From: Scyliorhinus canicula
Lineage: Eukaryota
Direction of reading: 5' to 3'
DNA length: 64,000 bases
Assembly: GCF_902713615.1 (NCBI RefSeq)
Contig: NW_024055444.1
Location: 62,001 to 126,000, forward strand
The position numbers were made by a program, and so were the translations under genes. Of this stretch, positions 59,865 through 64,000 are shown piece after piece. Every line of letters begins with the position of its first letter. The stretch's first letter is position 1. The notes beneath the pieces are model-generated. The model worked only from the letters and a program-made list of their open reading frames with translations. It was not told the DNA's origin and ran no database searches.

Positions 59865-62438
59865 TCATGAAGCATCGGTTAATCTAAAGCAACTGCTGAA
59901 AATGACGAAGGGAAAAATGAGCAACTTCTTCAGCTCATTTCGGAACTTGGTCTGGGCTTCTGCATAGATGAAGGTGTTGTTGCAGGAACTGAGTAACTGA
60001 AGCATGTTGGACGTTTCTTGAAATATGAAGTGTGGGACATTGAAATTCAGACCGGTGAAGTAGGCCTCACCTGTAACACGAACATATAGGAAATGTCCAA
60101 CATATGTGACCCAGAGGAGGAGGAAGCTGAGCGAGATGGAGAAGAGCAGGACAATCGACTTCTTGCGGTTGGCTATCTCTGGATCTCCGTCACTCTCTGA
60201 GCCCTTCAGTCTCCTGCGGGCTCTGCTGGCCTCTACAATGTGCCTTACAGTCAGGGCGTTGAGCATCAGAATAAAGAAGAACGGAAGAAAAGGGGTTAAT
60301 ATGTGGTCGAGCCAGTCTAAAGCTTGCCACGATGGAATCGTGTAATAGCTGGACCTAATTTCACAGAACCAGGGAATCTCGTCCAATATGTACAAGGGCT
60401 GGTAGGTGAAGTACAAAGGGATGTTCTTGGCGTAGCTCAAGGTAATGACCATTCCTATGACCAGCAGTGCCGTTTTCTCGGTGCAGTATCGGCTCTTCAG
60501 TCTCTGACAGCAGATGGATACAAAACGGTCGAAGGTGAAGGCCACGGTCAGCCATACTGAACCATCACGGGTCGCATAAACAAGCACGGTGCTGACAGCG
60601 CATCCGGGGGTGATCGATAGGATGCTGTATCTAAAGTAAATGCCACCAATCCGGTTGAGGATAACAGCGGTGACCATGACAAGGAAATCAGTCACTGCTA
60701 TCGCTACCAGGTAGTAGGTGATACACCGAGAGAGTCCGCACCGTCCTCGGGATAGGATGATGATCGCCATCAAGTTGGCTGTAATAGAGAAAAGAGAGAG
60801 CCGTCACTGAGCGGACTCCAAAAACCAGCGACTCCCTGATCCATTCTGCTGCTGAATCCCTCCTGACCTGTCCATTTCGCACCTCCACATTTCAATTATT
60901 CCAAAACCATTACTACTTGATGCAAATCCAATGCTGGATTAAACGTTTGTCAATTCATCAAATATCACAATCAGTCCCTGCAACAAACTCCGCTCTCTGG
61001 CCACTGGGTCCATTCCCGTGGCTGGCCATCCTCTAAAGTTAGAGACCATTTACAATATTCAAGTTTTGTTTGACGGTGGGATGAACTTCCAAACGCCCAC
61101 ATTCCCAAACCCGTCGGTCATAAGCACCGACACTGCATAATTCGACATTTCTCCACAGCCTATGGTATCGCCGGTCTGAAAGTCTGCCTTAGCTTAAGAG
61201 CTACTCAAACCCTTATTTACCACTTTCATATGTCTACCCTTCCAATTTGCATCGCCAGTGAACTCAACTGAAAGGGGCGGTACGGTAGCATAGTGGTTAG
61301 CACAGTTGCTTCACAGCTCCAGGGTCTGAGGTTCCATTCCCGGCTTGGGTCACTGTCTGTGCAGCGTCTTCACATCTCCCCGTGTCTGCCCGGGTCTCCT
61401 CCGGGTGCTCCGGTTTCCTCCTACATTCCAAAGATGTGCAGGTTAAGTGGATTGGCCATGCGAAATTGCCCTTACGTGTCCAGGAAGGTTGGGTGGTGTT
61501 ACTGGGTTATGGGGATACGGTGGAGGTGTGGGCTTGGGTGGGGTGCTCTTTCCAAGGGCCGGTGCAGACTCGATGGGCCGAGTGGCCTCCTTGTGCACTG
61601 TAAATGCTATGATTCAATGATCCAAAACTGTTGTTCCTAATGAATAACTCATACCACATCCCGTTCAGCCATTGTAAATGTACTGCCTTCGATCACAGCG
61701 CCAGGGCCCTGGGTTCAATTCTGACCTTGGGTTACTGTCTGTGGAGTTTTTACTTTCTCACTGTGTCTGTGTGGTTTCCTCTGGGTGCCTCTCACAGCCC
61801 AACGATGTGCAGTTTAGCTGGATTGGCTATTCTAAATTGCCCCTCAGTGTCTAAAGCAGATGTGTAGGTTAGGTGAGGCTAAGGGGTTATTGGGAAAGCG
61901 GAGGGGACTGAGCCTGTGCGCAGTACTCTTTTCAAAGTTTGGTACATGTTCGAATCGCCTCCATTTGAACTGATTCTCTGATTGCCTAACAAAGCCTCTA
62001 TTTCAGAATTCTCTTGATTGTTTCACTTACCTCATGCGGCTTATTAGACTAGTCCGTCCCCATTCCTGTGCCATCCTGCAGCCCAATGACGATTTGTAGC
62101 AAATGTGTTGCACTGTTTAACAATATAACGTCCGCACAATGCTAAACATTATAACTCATATTTCTGCAGTCTAATAAACAATTGTTCTATAAGTGTGAAG
62201 GGTAATTTATTGACCATTTATTGTCCTGCTCTGTAATACAAAATTAAGTGATGCACTCTAATATATCGTAATGCGGTAAACTTTTCAGCACGATCCTTAA
62301 AGGGAAGAGATAAGAATTCTGGAGATTCAGAAGAAAAATAAATATTTCAGTTGAGATTCCGCTCTTACCTGGGACACCAATAATAGTGAGTGCCGGGTAA
62401 TAAATGGCAGAAAATGGTCCATTCGCTGGTCCATGCAT
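59865..62438 (-). CDS. Class A GPCR, GPR139/142-like; complement(join(59865..60778,62369..62438)), 327 aa, intact
   Basis: Exon 1 MHGPANGPFSAIYYPALTIIGVP-G with GTAAG donor; exon 2 ANLMAIIILSRGRCGLS…FTFDRFVSIC…SSCNNTFIY. Same 70-nt first exon and intron phase as 32222-36727. Confidence 0.9.
61275..61615 (+). mobile_element. HE1-like SINE in the GPCR intron
   Basis: GGGGCGGTACGGTAGCATAGTGGTTAG… family body. Confidence 0.8.
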
Positions 62439-62562
62439 CGTCTTTCAGGAACTAATTGAATTCTGCAAGGTGCACATACTAGGTCTGCAAGACTTCCAAA
62501 GGGTCCCTCATTTATACCAGTGAGAGTCTCCAGAGGGGCAATTAAATTCCAACATGCCCTTT

Positions 62563-62893
62563 AGGGGCCTCACGGTAGCATGGTGGTTAGCATCAATGCT
62601 TCACAGCTCCAGGGTCCCAGGTTCGATTCCCGGCTGGGTCACTGTCTGTGTGGAGTCTGCACGTCCTCCCCGTGTGTGCGTGGGTTTCCTCCGGGTGCTC
62701 CGGTTTCCTCCCACAGTCCAAAGATGTGCGTGTTAGGTGGATTGGCCATGCTAAATTGCCCATAATGTAAGGTTAATGGGGGGATTGTTGGGTTACGGGT
62801 ATCCGGGTTACGTGGGTTTAAGTAGGGTGATCATTGCTCAGCAAAACATCGAGGGCCGAAGGGCCTGTTCTGTGCTGTACTGTTCTATGTTTA
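62563..62893 (+). mobile_element. HE1/V-SINE-like copy
   Basis: Near-identical to 31515-31826. Confidence 0.85.
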
Positions 62894-63856
62894 GTTACAG
62901 ATCGGTGAATAAACAAATTAAGAGACGAGTCCATGCCTTTCATTTGTTCCCTGGGGTGAACTGCTGAGTGCAACTTTTGCGGTCCCTCCCAGCCCCAAGA
63001 TAATTCTCTGCGCCTCCATCAATCAAAACACCTCTTGTTAACTCTGAGCTGAAGTCTGATCTATGATAAAAATCTGTCTCTTTCAATATCTGACATATTG
63101 TGCTTTTAGTTGACGGATACGTTGACGTGGTTTGCGTATTTGTAAGTGTTCTGGTGTTTAGTGCTGTATTGATACACAAATATTGAAATATATTTGCGAG
63201 GAAAGAACTTGAAATAACTAATCGCAAACATGGAAGGACGTATGAGATCGAGCCGATCGCAGGCAAATGCTGCACCGTGTGCACACAGCAGACCCCCTTG
63301 TTTATCCTCGGAAACCATCCATTCTGAAAGTGCCTTCAGATGTTCCAGTATGAGTTTAAAGTTTCTAGTGAATAAACAATTGATAGGTGGCTGGTGGAAT
63401 ATCAATTCCGATAACATTGGGCAAGTAATTACCGAGACATGACTCAGAAGCAATAACAAGAAGTGCAGTGAAAATGGAGGCACGATCCATAAAATCTAAA
63501 AATGAACATTTTTCGGACAGTGGGCCGTGCAGGCAATATTACTGAATATATTTAAGAAGGAAATAGAACACTAAATGTGTCAAAGTGTGTGGAAAATGTA
63601 TTGGGGTATAGTTTTGATAGAGAACCCATTGTGATCACGTTGGATGGAGGAACCTCCATCTACTCCTACTTCTCCTTCTCCTACTACTATCTAAAATGTT
63701 TTTATATTTCGATGATGCATGGTGCTGTGTGGTATTACCTGAGATTGCACCTCGTAAACTACAGAGGCACTGTCTAGCTTAGTGTATCATTTCATTATAA
63801 TATGAAGGCAAATTACTGCGGATGCTGCAATCTGAAACACAAGAGATAATGCTGGA

Positions 63857-64000
63857 AAATCTCAGCAGGTCTGGCAGCATCTATCGGGAGAGAAAAGAGC
63901 TAACGTTTCGAGTCGAATGACTCTTTGTCAAAGCAGTCGTTGGACTCGAAACGTTAGCTTTTTTCTCTCCCTACAGATGATGTCAGACCTGCTGAGATTT
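63857..64000. repeat. Imperfect palindrome of a Penelope-like repeat end, cut by the window edge
   Basis: AAATCTCAGCAGGTCTG…TAACGTTTCGAGTC (63857-63914) pairs with GACTCGAAACGTTAGC…CTGCTGAGATTT (63943-64000). Confidence 0.7.

Overview
Cartilaginous-fish (shark) genomic DNA from a T-cell receptor alpha/delta V region; it is eukaryotic and repeat-rich, with one 100-N gap. It holds two head-to-head NAR-TCR-type cassettes, each arranged as leader, IgNAR-like V, D, J, intron, then a leaderless supporting V-delta. Cassette 1 (minus strand, ~7.3-13.1 kb) is intact. Cassette 2 (plus strand, ~21.4-25.8 kb) has stops in both V exons and its V abuts its D. Both supporting V segments lack the two canonical Ig-fold cysteines and are followed by a ~61-bp tandem array in which each unit is a 23-spacer recombination signal. 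Also present: three conventional TRAV/TRDV-like segments (one with no leader intron), two intact two-exon GPR139-like GPCR genes, an orphan IgH transmembrane exon pair (TM1 with a stop, plus TM2), a tRNA-Glu(TTC), a cluster of CTCF-like motifs, two L1-clade LINEs, many CR1 fragments and tRNA-derived SINEs, Penelope-like palindromes and a 24-bp G-rich minisatellite. All identifications are by eye from motifs; no database search was run. Repeat boundaries are approximate.
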